Assembly: GCA_036172245.1 (NCBI GenBank)
Contig: JAYWIR010000082.1
Coordinates: 1 to 64,000, forward strand
Reading direction: 5' to 3'
Length of the DNA: 64,000 nucleotides
Source: Raillietiella orientalis
Taxonomy: Eukaryota
Part shown: piece by piece, positions 13,036 through 26,722 of the stretch
How positions within the stretch are numbered: position 1 is the stretch's first letter
Layout of the letters: every line of letters starts with the position of its first letter
Notes under the pieces: model-generated
Database searches by the model: none
Told to the model about the DNA's origin: nothing
The model's input: only the letters and a program-made list of their open reading frames with translations
Translations under genes and position numbers: made by a program

Positions 13036-14470
13036 TTATCACCCGGTCACGCCGTGCGTTTGTGAAATAAACGAGTCGGAAAGAAAGTCGGCTACCAAGA
13101 GAAGAAAGAAACAAAGGAAAGGGTCCACCTGCCCGCAGGCCTTGAAAATGGTAATTCTGGAACGGAAGAAGTACAAAGGCACAACTACAACAACAAAAAC
13201 AAAAGAAAATTGGAAGCGAAGGGGTACGGATCTTTGGTGACGCACCACAATCGCCGCGATAAAAACGAAAAGCACCACGAAAGTTACGGAGCGGAAGGGA
13301 ACGGGAGATTCGAAAGCAAATAAGTAAACGGAGGGACGGGACAAGGATCACCGGGTTCGCCTTCCAAATCGTCCATCAACCGCAGTTGGATGTCGATGAT
13401 CTCTTCTTACGCTTCTCCTCTCAGGCCAGGCCACCTGGCAGCCGCACCGATGTAGGTGGCTGCCATGCTGGTGACCTCCCTTAGAAGCCCGGTGATTTCC
13501 TGCAGCTATCGGGCCGAAACGAGTGCGTGGGTGCAACCATGGTTGCGTTCATGGCCCCCGCAGAGAGGTCTCCAAGAGAAAAGAAACCCTGTAGCATGTA
13601 TATAGCGGCATCTTCTTGTTGCAGAAGAGCCTCTGCCACTTGTTGCGACAGTTCTTGGAGGGCAGAGGAATACAAAGCATGTGCGGGGTCGACTCCGTCG
13701 ATACGCATCTGCCATATTTCAAACACACAACCCCTCCGGAAACTCGATGTCGTCGCTCATTGCACTGCAATTCCCAGTAAATGAAGATAGTGCGGCCTGC
13801 TTCCAAGCGAGAGAGAACAACGAACAGTCCACGCAATAGGGAGGGACCGCAATTTCCTAAGGGGCAACACTCCAAAGTTCGCCCCACCGAAGGAGTCCCA
13901 TCGACTCTGCACGCGGAGTGGAGGCATCCGCAAGCTCTCGCGTTTGCCAGCCGCCAAGCAGTCTGGCTTTTCCCGCGATGGTGGAGAAAAGCTCCCCACT
14001 TCGCCGATAAGCTGCTGTCATCTCTTGCCCTGAGGGCAGACGGCGCTGCGGAGAGGGTTGAAAACTTCATTTCGTCGTGCATCACTTCTCCCAGCGGTGG
14101 AGGTATGAGATGTTGCTGGGGACGAAGACCATTAGTGAACATCCCCTGGAACGCAGTCCAGGACTCAGCAGCCTCCTGCCGCAAAGAGTTGTAGTTCACT
14201 GGAAGGCAGGAGATCCACGAGTGGGCTTCCGTTAGCAACAGTTGCCTGAGTAGGAAGCCGAGTCCCCGGATCGTGTATTGAGTGCCCGGCACCAGCGAGA
14301 GCAATCCGTCGCTGCCGGCGCTTCTCCATAGGATAATGCGTGCGAGAGCGCGCAACGGTGAAGTCCACAGCAGGCATCCCAGTTTCGCGATGCCTGCAGT
14401 TCAACTGAACATTCCCTGCTCATCTGAACATTCCATTACTCATACTGCATTCACTGTAATTAAGTAACGA
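13036..14470 (-). mobile_element. Decayed L1/Tx1-like non-LTR retrotransposon, post-RT part of ORF2 plus 3' UTR
   Basis: Peptides RIILWRS..RGLG, PAHALYSSALQELSQQVAEAL and AAARW...PGDPCPVP align with the 62.7-63.2 kb copy (TATRW...PGAPLPIP). It ends in the shared terminal motif CGG-N5-CCGGGTGATAAAC. Confidence 0.55.
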
Positions 14471-14599
14471 GTTAAAGAAATGGCGCGCTGCATTTTACGA
14501 GTAGCATCCAAACGTACTTCAATGCTCGAGAAAATTTCCACTATCATACGAGATCTGTGATTTTTTGCATACTTTTTCTTTGCTACTTTCGATCTACAA

Positions 14600-14960
14600 A
14601 CTTAAGAAGCGGCGAAGAAGGGGCGGGGGAGTGGAGAACGGCGCCAAGAAGCGGAGATGGTGTGCGGCGGCAGGAGGCAAAGGACAGCCCAGCAAATTGG
14701 TGAGCAGCCTGAGCGATGTCCAAGCGCCAGTTGGCGCCATGCCTCCACTCTTGCACAGGTGCTGGCTGTGGTGGAGGGAAGGGAATCTTCCGCTTGCCCG
14801 GAAGCAACGGATGTTGCCCTCGTCGCGAACAGGAGTCCAATGAGACCGAATCCATGTTATCAATGGAACCGTCAAAGTTTTTCAGGTCCGTCATTGATAC
14901 TCCATTTCAGACAAAAATGTTGGAATTGATTTTTCAATCATTGGTAATAAACAAATGTTA
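14600..14960 (-). mobile_element. L1/Tx1-like ORF2 fragment spanning the outer edge of the left palindrome arm
   Basis: IRCFRASGRFPSLHHSQHLCKSGGMAPTGAWT resembles IRCIPAIISYRFLKHNQPLCDSSGMEPPGAFT at 16.8 kb and carries a GGL/M-P-type motif seen after the RT domain of L1 ORF2. Confidence 0.5.
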
Positions 14961-16239
14961 TGTTTATCAACAAATGAGTGTACGCATTTATTTCTGATAC
15001 AACTTTTGTGCAAGTGCATTATGAGTTAGAAATAGGAAACATCAAAGCACTTGGAAGCCGCCTTTTCAGAACAGTCCAATGTATTGCATCTTCAGTTCTC
15101 ACTGGAGTCAAGTGATCAAAGGAAAGACATGAGATCTCTCAAGGGATGCGAAGGATCAACATACTTTCCGAAAGTTCAAAACAGACCTTTCCGACTGACC
15201 ACCTTATCAATAATAACAAATTCTTTCTTTCTTTCTGCTTTCCATCGAGAAACAGGAGCACGTTTTTCGTTCCTTCAGCTGGAGGAATTTCAACTGCTAT
15301 GCGATGTGGTCTTTTTTCTTCTGTTCATTATGCAACCCATCCTGCCACTGGAGAACCGAACCCACATAACAGGGAAACGAGTGCCAAAAAAACCCCTATA
15401 GTTCCAGACCACTGATTCCTTGTGTTAGTATGTCTCCAAACCTCAGCTTCGCGTGAAAAATGCAGTCCCTGTTGATCAATTTATATAGCGGAGGGTCCAA
15501 AGCCTCGTTTTCCTTGAGCAACAAATAAACAGGTAGAATGGAAAAAACGGAGAAGAAAGTTTCGTAACCATGGCAACGAGCAAACTGGAAAAAAAACACC
15601 CTCAGAGTGAACCACAGAACAAGAAATTATTTTTTTTTTTTCACGGCTTGTCTACTAAAAAACTGCAAAGAAAGGAAAAGAAAAAGAAAATGCTGATCCT
15701 GGTAAAAATAAAAAAAACTTTCCTCCACAAGCAGCACAGACACTTGAGAACCATTTTCCTCCTTCCGCTACTCTTGGGAAATTTCTTTTTTTTATTCCAG
15801 AATTGCATGTCACCGACGCATAACAGTACGTAATGCACCAAACATCCGAAGACAGCAGAGGGAAAAAATTTTCTCCAAGTTATTCAGTAACAACGGTGAC
15901 AACTTTCTTATCCATACATACACATAGAAGTGAACTCTTTACTTGCCAGTGTTATGCAAATTCCTTCAGAAAAGGGCGGTTACGTTGGGGTAGGTTTGAT
16001 ATCAGTTCAAAATGCAATTTCACAAAATGCTGAGGATTGCTTAGGAAAGCTTTGCGAAAAGCCAAAATATCATTTAGTTAAGGGACTGAATTCAAACCCA
16101 AGTCGAAATTCAACATTCCCTAAAAATACCAAACAGCAAGGTCTCGGAAACTCATGTACAGTCGCATATGGATGGCGATCGAGATCCTCATAGCTTTGGA
16201 GTTTCAGAGACAACTCTGTGCTCCCTCGTTTTATCCTCT

Positions 16240-17450
16240 TACATCCGCGCATCACCGTGTTCGCAGAGGTCCGTGAAGGTGAGGGTGGCCCATTTTTGCT
16301 TCCAACGTCCTACCATTCCCCGCGCTACGGAATGCGCCACCATGGAAACCAGAGTGCAGCGTTCGAAACAAGCTGCTTATGAAAAGACAAACTGCGGGTG
16401 GACAGGAATTGGCTGCTGGTTGACAGTCTGCCACGTCCAAGCATTTCTTTAGATTGCACCGGGGTGTTGCACAAGAGGTGCCATAAGCGCTCCCCGTGCC
16501 GCTTGCACGTTGGACCTGAATATCGATAGCAGCATTAGAAAACAAACACCTCCTTTCTTTCAGTTCTTCATCGTTCGCAGGAAACGTTTCGGATACATTT
16601 ACTTCGGATTTCTTCCGTACAATCCAGGTGCCTGACAGCCTTCCAATGGCATTGCGGCTGTTTACTTTGCGTCTTCTTATCAAACTTCCGCTGGCCAAAA
16701 TATGGAGCTAGTTCGTATTGAAAGGGTTTCGGATGGTGCAAAGGTTTCTCTCAAGGTCTCCTCCCGAATGCTACGTGGACATCATCCGTTGTATTCCTGC
16801 CATCATAAGCTACCGTTTTCTCAAGCACAACCAGCCCCTCTGCGACAGTTCAGGGATGGAGCCACCTGGTGCTTTCACACCGCGTACGTCTTGCTCACTG
16901 ACCTGCTCGTGGCTGATGTTGGTCATTTGCCTTCGCACAACATCCGCGCTTCTTATCGCCGTTGCCCACTCACTCCTTCCCCGCTTTCTGGGAACCCGTC
17001 CGCTCCTATCCGTTCCACCTCTTCCCCCCAATCGCCTCTGCCCTCGCATGCCACGAGCAGGGGATCGTGCACGCGGCGAACAGCGCCCACTCGAGCCTCT
17101 CCTACTTTCGCCTCCCGTTAGGACAGCTCCCAGTTCCCGAAATGCCAGCACACGCCTCCGAAACAACACGGCACCTTGCACCGCTCCAGCTCGTTGATGG
17201 TGCTCCTGCAGATGCTGCCCTGTCGCCGTTCAAAGTGACATACCCACTCGTCGTGCTCCGAGAAGCACTCCGGCGGACCATCGTAGCCGTACTGGCGCTC
17301 CATTCACTGCACGTTGTAGGAGGCGCCATCGCCGCACCAGCACGACGAGAACAAACCCCCATCCCAACTTGTTGGGGCACGCGGCTTCGACTTTGATGCG
17401 AGAAGTCTGCAAAATGCGACTTCCGCGTGCGTTCGTGCCAAAGAACTATG
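16240..17450 (+). mobile_element. Decayed L1/Tx1-like ORF2 fragment (mirror 59542-60752, minus strand)
   Basis: A degenerate GVRQG..SP-like segment (EVREGEGGP) at ~16270, plus nucleotide and peptide similarity to the 14.6-14.9 kb and 13.5-14.0 kb copies. Confidence 0.45.
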
Positions 17451-18599
17451 CACAAAACTGGTCAAGTACACAGGAAAACGGACTCAGGCAGGCTCGCGTG
17501 ACTGCGGGCAGACAGGCTGTTTCCCTCGATTGAAGAAGATTCCTTACCCAAGGAAAAAGAGCTTTCCAGCGATCTCCGATCGCCTCCATTCGCTGTCGCG
17601 GATACGAAGCGTCGAGCGTGCTCCTTTCCGTCCTAAACTCAGTGATGTTGCACTTTAACATGAAACTTAGCTGACGTAAAACTTGGAGATGCAAAATGAT
17701 TCAAAGGCAGATATTGAACGCACGCCGCCGCGATGCACATGCGAGCAAGGAGATGCTGCATCCGTGAGTACAAAATTGCTTATTTCATGCAGACAAGGTA
17801 CCTGGAGTTGCATCCAAGACGCATCACCCGCGAGCACTCGTTCATGTTCGGGAAGACTTCAGTTGAGCTGCAGGCTTTTCCTGACGGCAGGCATCATGCA
17901 GCGCCATTGGAGAGCAGTCCTTTGCATGATGCGTAGGACTCTTTTCAGGTAAATGAAATATACCCATACCAAGAACCTCGACTGGAACATGCGAGGAAAG
18001 CAGTAGATGTGAACACAAATCGCAACGTTGGCATGCTGCTGTTGAATCGCCATCACATTTGCATCATTGGACTCTCCAAAGAAACGCTCACCCCGTGCTA
18101 CTGGACGGTTCGGACGCAAGCAAGCGGTCACTGTGCTCAACCGCGTTTCAAATCCTTCGTAGACGATGATGTTGCGAGGTGTGAACGAGAAGCAGAATTG
18201 GAGGGAACTGGAAAGAGAAAGAACTAATTCCAAGTGACAAATAGAGGGCACACGATTGCTTATCTTTTTCCAGTCTGACTGGGAAGAAGGTGGACGTGCG
18301 ATGCTGCTGCGTTTCTTTTCGGACCGATTGACATGAGATGCACGGAAGGGGTCGAAGAAATAACAAGGCAGCTGCATGTACTTCGTACAAGTACCTCAAA
18401 TCGAAACGGACTGCATTCATAGCGCTGACCAACAGAGGTTTCCGTCCTTATCGCTTGCTGGCACTTGAGCAAGTGCCACGAAAATTTTAATCCTTGACTT
18501 GCTGCCAAGGAAGATGTTTGATAGAAAACCTGAGTACCCACAAAAGGCACTCTTGGTGAGGGAATTTCGACGGCGCCATTCCATCACCTAGACCAAGGG

Positions 18600-19443
18600 A
18601 AATTTTCGCCATATGCATATATGTGTATGGATGCATGCGTTCAGAAAGCAGGACAATTGCATTTCCGAATCCTTCGATTCGTGATGCTGATCGCCACCAG
18701 CATACCTGCTCGTCTTGAATCAGGTAGGGTCCTTCCCACCTTTTGCATTGCGTATGCTGTCTGCAAGATCCGGAGAGACCTGCGAACGGTTTCGGGATAC
18801 CTTCTCTTTTTCAAAGGCAAAGTTTGAACGGACTGGAAATTGCTGTAGCGATGCGCAAACAGCAATGGTAACTGGTACGCCAACTTCTGGAAACTTGACA
18901 TGAGAGTGTTCCTCCGTATCATCTAGACAAATACCATCTTTTCCGGAGCCTCTTCCTGCGTGACGCCTTGCCCCCGCCGCTTCTCCGGCAGGTCCCTACT
19001 GCGTACGCGGAATCGGGGCAAGGTGGACCGCGAACAGAAGAGGGTAAAACAGCAGGGGTGCCACCCACTGGACGGAAATCTTCATGAAGAGCGCCGTCCG
19101 ATAACCCCGACTCTGGAATATCCGCCCAGCACTTGCCAGCATTCGTAACAGGATGCAGAGGACCACTCCAGGCGACCAATGATCCTATCCCCGCCCTGCC
19201 ATTCCCGAAAAACATTTCCCTTCCTTTTTGGTGATTTTTTTATATTTGTCTTTTCGGTATTCCCTCCCCCACCGCCAACGGAGAGGACCTCACCGGTCTG
19301 CGTACCGGTTGACGGCAAGTCATCCGCGCGTGGGAAAACCAAATGCTCCACCACGCAAAACAGATCCATGACGACACATCATCAGAAACTTTCGGTTGAT
19401 AACAATTCGAATAACCAATGCTGAGGCAAATCCGAGTGACAAA
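18600..19443 (+). mobile_element. Decayed L1/Tx1-like 3' end (mirror 57549-58392, minus strand)
   Basis: Colinear similarity to 62890-63395: GCCTCTTCCTGCGTGAC, CCACTGGACG, AACAGGATGC, GGACCTCACCGGT, TGGGAAAACCAA, ATCCGAGTGACAAA. Confidence 0.7.
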
Positions 19444-20779
19444 GGGGCTACCCGTTGGTGGGCAGCGAGCCTGCAGAACAGCTGCCAAGCGACCAAGCGG
19501 CTGGATGCGTAGGGTGTGCCGCCAGCCTGCCTTGCCCGTGCGCACGGTGCGAACGCTCGTCGTCGGACGGGCGCAGAGCGCGGCGCTCGGGCGTGCGTAC
19601 GCCAGGCGTGCATGCGCGACCAGCGCCACGCTCCTCCGCTATACGCTCAGAATGAAACATGTCGTTTCCAAGGCGTCGCGCATCATGTTTCGTCGTGGAA
19701 CGTTGCAACAAAGGATGAAATATTCTTTCATCCGAGAGAAAGCTTCTGCCTTGATCAGGCGATCGTGCCTTGATGAGGCGACACGCTTGCAGGAGGAAAC
19801 AACCGTGTAGATGCAGTCCAGCAATTCCGGTGAGGCATGCGGACCAGCGTTGCCGCACAAAGTGCGCAGAAACAGGCAGAGGACCAGGATGGGGAAGATG
19901 AGACAGTTGCAGGTGCCGCGGAGCAGGTTGGGTTGCTAGTAAGGAGACGGGATTCTGGACTGGGAGAAGGAAGAAGAGGTGCTGGATCCGGAGAATCTGG
20001 CGAAGGTGATAGAGTTCCAGGAGGAACACGAAGATCGGTACTGGAATGGAGGACAGCAGCGGCGGAAACGTTGGGCAAAGCAGGCGTCTGTCGCCTCGCT
20101 GGAGCAGGTGGAGGGTGACTCACGTGCATCGGCGTCCGAGGAACAGGAAGGGCGGAAAGCGGGCGAGAGCGAGGGCACCAGTCGGAGTGCGGAGCAGGCG
20201 TCTCAGAGGGTGGTGGTTTTCCAGGAGGGGGAGGTGGAACAGTAAGAAGTAGTCGTGTTCCTGGTTGTGGAAGAGGGCACCAAGAGCGATCGGATGCGCG
20301 GAATCACCGGGTGCAAGCGGTGGGCGCTCGTCCAGGGAATTCCTCGAACCAGAACGAGAACCTAGATCGTAGGCTGCACCACAAGCGAAGGAAAGAGAAG
20401 AAAAAAGTTCGTTTCCAGGAGGTGCCGGGGAAGCTGCGGAGGATTTCCTCGACCTGGCAGTCGGCGCCTGCAGCAGGGAGCGGTGGAGATCAGCGTGACG
20501 AGAAGCGCGCCGCTCGGCAACCACGCGGACAGGCGGCAATCCCTGCGCTCTCCGAAGACGTTTCGAGCGGCGTCTCCAGGTGCCTTGGCCATTCTGGCTC
20601 CGGTGTCGACACCTACGTAGCAGGAGTTTCGTCCCTCTAGGCATCGGGAAGATAAAGTCGATTCTTCAAGTGAGCGCTCCGCGTTTTCTGTTGCGGCGCC
20701 TAGCGCTCTGCGCATCGTGCATTCCTCTTCCTTTCTCCTCCTTTCTTTCTTGTTTTAACGAATAAAGACGAGTTGTGTA

Positions 20780-21900
20780 CAGGAAACGTATGCACCTATC
20801 TTTCCGGGATTGTTGGGAAAAAGCATTTCTGAGCACGGAAGTGCAGACTGCGATCTCTCCCGGAATGCTTGGGATTCTATTACTGGATCCATCCATGTGA
20901 CGATTTCCACAGCAATCTCTACGTGGGAGAGACTGTGAAAACTCACGGGTTGAGTGCGTTCTGAGCGTTTTCGAGAGGCGCCCACGACTCACCTCGCACA
21001 TCGACCCGAGCGGAGATGAATGCATGCCGTGAGCAACATTCGGAATTCCTCGTTCTTCTCGGGGTGCAATGCTTCGAGGAGTTCCTGTCATCTTCACAGG
21101 CATCTTCCTGCATTGCTGTTGGACGAGTAGCGTAGAACTGAAGTTCCGGCTGTACACCAGCTGGAACTTGGATGAATGGAAAAACTTTCCCACTTCTATC
21201 ACCTTAAATGAGGACGTTTGTCAGCAAGAGTGGCTGACGGAAAGGAAGGAGTGATTTTCGCTAGGCGCGTCTTCCCACAGAAGCGGACCCACCCACGCTC
21301 ACGTTGCGCGTTCAGCATCCCTGCCGCTCTCCCGCCTCCGACGAAGTGCGCTGGAACTCTGCCATGCTGCAGCGCTCCTGTCATGCCTCCGGTAGGCAAC
21401 CGCGGTGGTCTCTGCCACACAAGGCGCACCCGGCTGCTTCGATCGGTCAGACTCATTGTGGGTTCCTCCAGCGTTGCTCCTGCAGAGAATCGTTTGGCTG
21501 GTTACAAGCAAGGGGTCTCCCGTGATCACGTGTTTCCGGCGCACTTGCAAGTGTCGCGGACTGCTTCCGGCAGGGACGCGTTCCGGCCCGCAGGCCTCAA
21601 GGCGGAAAGGCAGCGCTGGTCAGCCAAGAGTGGAACACCGAGTTGAGGGCGCACGCAGTTTTCTTTCGATGCGGGAGCGAGCCAACGACAAACGAGCGTA
21701 AGGAAAGGCGTGGGAAGCCCCGAGTCTGCTTGGGCGGCACCCAGCGAGCACAACGGACGGTTCCTCTCCCGTTCTGTCGACCTAGTTGCGCGGGCCTGCG
21801 CTCCCCCGTCTCGACCGCACCTGCCGACGCCCCTGCTGTACCAGCGGGAAACTCGAGCGCTGCTCACAAGCTCGGCGTTCGCGTCTTTCCGTGGCCGTTC
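20780..21900 (+). mobile_element. Heavily decayed RT/post-RT fragment, probably the same L1/Tx1 family (mirror 55092-56212)
   Basis: HPCDDF at a YADD-like position followed by LSVFER. WNLDEWKNFPTSI resembles TDLKNFDGSI of the 14.9 kb copy. Confidence 0.3.
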
Positions 21901-22789
21901 CTTCCATCGAGCCCGTAACCGTTCAGCTTGGCCGGTCGAAAATTTACGAATCGTCGAAAAGAACGCAGAATCGGGGAACGTGAGAGCTCCCCGACGTTCA
22001 TGGGCTCGCGCAACGCGTCCGTTCCGAATGACCCCAGTCTTTCGCCTTCGTTACCACCGTGCTCTGCACTTGCACACTCTGCGGGGCGCCATTGCAAGTT
22101 AGCAGCCAAGTGCGCTAGGCTGCGCAGGGCAACTAGCCCTGAGGGAGCACATCGACAGCGTGAGGTTCACTTTCGTGGTCCACAACCCGCGCAGTCTGTG
22201 CAGGCAACAGATTCGGGATCTGAAAATGAACCTCTCGCGATTGCGGCGCACTGCAATGCGAGGGACGATGGGCGCTTCTTGTCGGCTGCACCACCGCTGA
22301 AAAGCTCCATTCGTATGCACTTGTGCGACGACGGACGCGAAATAGGGACTCCTTGCTGCTACGTCCGCAACGTGCCGGAGAAATTCAAGTGACAGCGGTT
22401 CTACAGGCTACTCGCCAGTATAGGAGACGACCGATCGGTGGCACTTTCGGGATGCAGCGCGGGTGCATCCATCTGCACGATGAAGGCATCACCCGAATCT
22501 CCCTTCGTTCACACTTTGATGATGAACGTTGTCCCGAGTGATTCGCTTCAGAGTCTCCTACGGGATCAACACTTTGAGGGCGCAAGCCCTTGTGTTTGTA
22601 GCAGTGTGAGTAGCGTGTGAGAGGTAGGGATGCACATTACTTTGTGCTGTCGTCCTTTCGTCATGAGGAAGAGCGCAAGCGATGTTACTGTACATTCGGT
22701 GCTACTTGCACTTGACACTTATCCTTTCAGGCCGGTTCATTTGCCCAAGACGAAGACGAAATGAAACACCTACGAAGACAACCGCAAAC

Positions 22790-22915
22790 ATCCCTTCGAA
22801 TTTTGTTTGTCCGTTCCCATGCAAATGCGGATTCTGTTGCAGCAGTTGCGAGAAGAGTTATGGAAAGCACGGAACCAAAGTATGTCCTAGTCCAAGATGC
22901 AACAAAGAATGGGAA
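22790..22915 (+). pseudogene. Cys-rich RING-finger-like fragment (mirror 54077-54202)
   Basis: FPCKCGFCCSSCEKSYGKHGTKVCPSPRCNKEW has the spacing of the second half of a RING domain (CxC..CxxC..CPxxxC). Confidence 0.35.
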
Positions 22916-23287
22916 GCATTCAAAGGGTCTGGTCCATTGACACGGCGGCAGCTTCACCGATTAGCAGGAACGGATACTGATGAGCAGCGTAAATCCCGAC
23001 CAATTTCCATCCTTCATGTTGGCCATGTGAATTGCTTATCGGTAACCAATAAAAGGCGTTCCCGTTGACTTGTACCATATGGAGATCCGATAAGGAATCG
23101 ACATCCTGGTCAATCGTTCGTAAAAGACGTTGACAACATATGTTGCCTACTTTGTGGTTGCGCCTGACATTGGCTTGCATTGGTCCAAAGTTCGGACGTT
23201 CGCTGGAGAGCGTTTTTGAAGGGATGGAGCAGCGCGTAGCAGCTTTGCCGCCTGAGGAGGAGGAAACCAATCATTCGAGTGTCGCAT

Positions 23288-23780
23288 TAACACCCGGATG
23301 TGCCGGTGCATTTATTTAAGAATTACATTAAAAATACATTAAGCTTTCTCGCGCTGAACCCAAGGGCTCACCACGTCACATCAACTTGCAGTTTGCCGGT
23401 GCAAAGACCGGCGAGGTCCATCCACTGCGCAGCGGTAGGGAAAAAACAAATAAAGAAACACAAAGTGAAACGTGGTGAGTATAGGGACCCGTGAGGGTGA
23501 GGAGAGCAGAAAGGGGATTACATTGCGCGTGGAGCGGTCCTCTGGATCCCGTTCAGGATCCTAGCAAGTTGCGTCCTAGCTGCATCCAGGTAGGGCTACC
23601 TGGAGATGTTCCGCACAAAGATGCGCGTCCAATGGATGCGCATCTCCGCCATTCCTGCCTCTTCTGGACGCGTACCATGCCGCCACGACTCCACGAATGC
23701 AGCATAGCTCCAATACAGACGCGGCCGGGGGCAAGGCGGCACGCGAAAAGAGTCTCCTGAAAATGTCCCTGGAGCCAATG
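23288..23780 (-). mobile_element. L1/Tx1-like 3' end (mirror 53212-53704, plus strand)
   Basis: IHWTRIFVRNISR*PYLDAARTQLARILNGIQRTAP matches IHWTTISLETATRWRLPPMLKAELGCILNRMRRTDP. The UTR has GGACCTCGCCGGT and AATAAATGCACCGGCACATCCGGG. Confidence 0.75.
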
Positions 23781-25319
23781 TTCAGGATCTTCGCAAGACG
23801 ACTTCAGAGGGGACGAAGGGCGATGCAGTCCACAAGAAGGTGGCAGTCGTCCTCCTGAGCCATAGCAGGAAGACGGATCTTCCGTCCCAACCGCAGAAGG
23901 GAGGACGGACGGCGGGTGTGTACGCTTTCGTCTTTGCGTTCTCTGCAGCAGAAGATGAGACCTGCATGAGATGCTTGCGCTCCCAGCTGTCCGCTACGAG
24001 TGCGAAAGCCAGCAGCAGCAACTCAGGAGCGACATCCTCTCCCGGCGTCGCCTTCCCCCACATCCCCACCGCGCCGCCTGCTTTCGACCCTGCTCGGGCC
24101 GCCGCCTCCTCGGGAAAGCCAAGGGCAGGCTGCGAGCCGCCACCGCTGCCACCGCCCTAGTGAGCCTAGCGATCGCGATCCAACCGCCCCCGCGTCGCCA
24201 TCTGCCGCTCCGCCAGACCGGTGGGCGAGTGCGCTGCCACCCTGCTGCCCGCGACGGACGCTCGGATCGGAGGCCGAGCTGGGCGGTCGAACAGAGTCGT
24301 CGCTTCCGACCGCTGCGGAGTGAGTGGGCCGTTGCCGTCATCGCGTCTCCCCTGCTCGAGAATCCCAGGAAGCGAACCTCTTCGTGCCTTTCAGGTCTGC
24401 GTCGTGACGAACGTCCGGCATGCGGGCATCCTCTTCGCGCCCCTCCTATGCACGTCTCTCGTCGTGTCCGAATATTACGACTACGACGGCTACGGAAGTC
24501 ATCCCTGACGTCTTGCTGCCTTCGGTGTCCAAGGCAGCCTCCGCCGCGCGACGGGAGTGCAGATGCTGCTTCCGGAAGACCGAACCCCCTCCTCCTTGAA
24601 GAAGCCAGGCTTCTGCACCTCCTCTTCTCTTGGCCACCAGCCACACCTTTGGCACACCGGTCTTCCATGGTCGCGGCAGCAGAATCCGCCATCTCCTTTG
24701 GCGTCTCTTCTCTGCAAGCCACAGCTCGTCTCCAGACGCACGGATCCCTTCGCTGACTCTGCAAGCACCGTTCTCCTCGCTCAAAGGCAAAAACGTCTTT
24801 GTCGGGGTCCTGCATCCGGACGGTCGGCGTCGCGTGCCTTTCTTGATTGCTGCAAGCATCCATTCCAGCTTGCGTAGAGATTCCTCTTCCCTTTGTGCCT
24901 ACTTGGTTCCTATGCGCGCGCGTTTTCCCACGCGGCTGCGGGAATACGAGCGCAGCCCCTCCGTTTCGACGGGCGGGAATCGCGTGCGCGGGCTTTCAGG
25001 CGGCCGCAGAAGGAGCAGCTCGTCAGCCGCCTCGGTCCATCCGCTTGACGGCTCCACGTTCTGCACAGGGAAGGCGAAGCCGCGTGGCGCTGCCTCCCAG
25101 ACCGTGCACCAGGCGACTGGCAGACCGTGCGTCGAACGAACGGGGAGCACGTGAAATTTCTTCCCCTTCGTCCCGTCCGCGCTCCCGGAATTCTTGGTTG
25201 CTGCGAGCGGCGTGCGCATCTGCCGCACAGGAAGACCGGCTGTTCCGCGCGCAGCAGCGAAAGAGGGAGTTGGAGGCTGCTGCTTCCGTTCCCGTGATGG
25301 AGACCTCCGCTCCCACTGA

Positions 25320-26470
25320 TGGGCAGCTCGTCTTCCTGCTGGACAGAAGTTTCGCCGGAGTCGCTGCCGCTGCCATATGGTGTCCGAAGGCCCAAAGTTG
25401 CGGGCGTATGGGACCCTACAAGCCCGCACTCGGCTGCGAGATGAGTCACCGTGTGCCTGGGCGCCTCGAGTGGGCGTTCGCAGGGAGGGTGCTTCCCTCC
25501 TTCCTGTTCGTACGCGGCTGTCGGGTAGGGACGCGCTTCTTACGCATCAAGTGCTGCAAGCGTTGCTGACCATCCAGGAGCGAATGGTCGTTCCCGCAGC
25601 TGAGCTCCAATCTCTCGTCGTCCAATCAAGTGAGGTTGAGCGCCACCTCGAACCGTTGCGGACCTCGAACTGTTTCGCATCCTGGCGCAGAGCGCTCGCC
25701 GCTGTCTGCGCTCTGTCGAGAAAATCGAACCTTGTCAAGTGGTTCGAAGACATTCGCCACAGTGACAGTGGCGAAGCGGCTCGCCATCCCCACACGACTA
25801 CAGTCGGATGAGGCAACTGCCAAGCATCCGTGTGCGTGCGGCTAATGCGGCAAGGAAAGATAACAGAAGATGAGGTGTGCCTCCGTGGATTGCCGGCGCT
25901 GCCACGAGTACGAATACACAATGGCGAGGTGCCCGAAATTCGTGGAACAGGAGAAAAGAAGAGGTGAGTGGGCCGAAACTCCGAAATCGTGACAGCAAAA
26001 AAGTCTGCAAAAGCGTAAACCCCAAGTTCCAGCAGCGTCGCGAGAGCAGAAGAGGATGCCATCCCGTGAGCCTCCGTACCAAATGCTGCAGAGCCGCACG
26101 GTAGGAAACACGGCGGAGTAAGAGCAGCGCGTCTCTCCAGCACTCCCGAAACCAGGGACTACGCCTTGGTGAGCGCGATCCTAGAATTCCCGTTTCTTGA
26201 GGACGCCCGGCGGTGGGGTGATTGGTGGCCGGAGGCGGCAGCAGGATCGGATGTACAGCTTTCCTGATTTCGGAATTCGAGAGGCATCTCCCGTGTATTC
26301 TAGGTTGGTACACGCACTTCTGGAAGGAAAGTGTGCGCGACGAATATCATGGCAAAGGAAGAGTCGGCCAAACAAAACGGGGTCGGATGCCGGGACCCGA
26401 AAACAAGATAAGCAGATGGATGAACTGAACTCTGACAAATAGGCGTTTTTGCTTCCGTCGCTCACTGGAC
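25320..26470 (+). other. Putative endogenous toti-like dsRNA virus RdRp relic (frameshifted)
   Basis: Ordered motif-like segments across frames: LSRKSNLVKWFEDIR (motif 1), WIAGAAT (motif 2), KHGGVRA..STPETRDYALVSAILE (motif 3), MYSFPDF (motif 4, DxxDF-like), ISRWMN*TLTNR. Confidence 0.45.
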
Positions 26471-26722
26471 AGCCGGAGTAAGTTCTCGACGAAAGATGAC
26501 GTCACCGGAGTTGAGCTTTCCGCATCAGCTCAGCATCCGAGCTTCACGTGCCGCTTGCAGCTTGCGGTCGGCCGATTCATCGAGGTACTGCAGAATCGTG
26601 CAGCCACTCGTGCGAGAAAGATGGCTGTGGTGACAACCCGGACCGCATCCTTTCCCCAGTGGATTCGTCCGCCGTGCACGTGGTGGCAGAACGGCAGCCT
26701 GAGCGTTTATCGAGGGTGAAGT

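Noticed and set aside
19450..20650. GC-rich overlapping ORFs here and at 23790-24870 and 31140-32260 as genes or as LINE ORF1
   Set aside because: ORFs are open in several frames because of GC content, and no domain is recognisable. An ORF1 origin is possible but unsupported.
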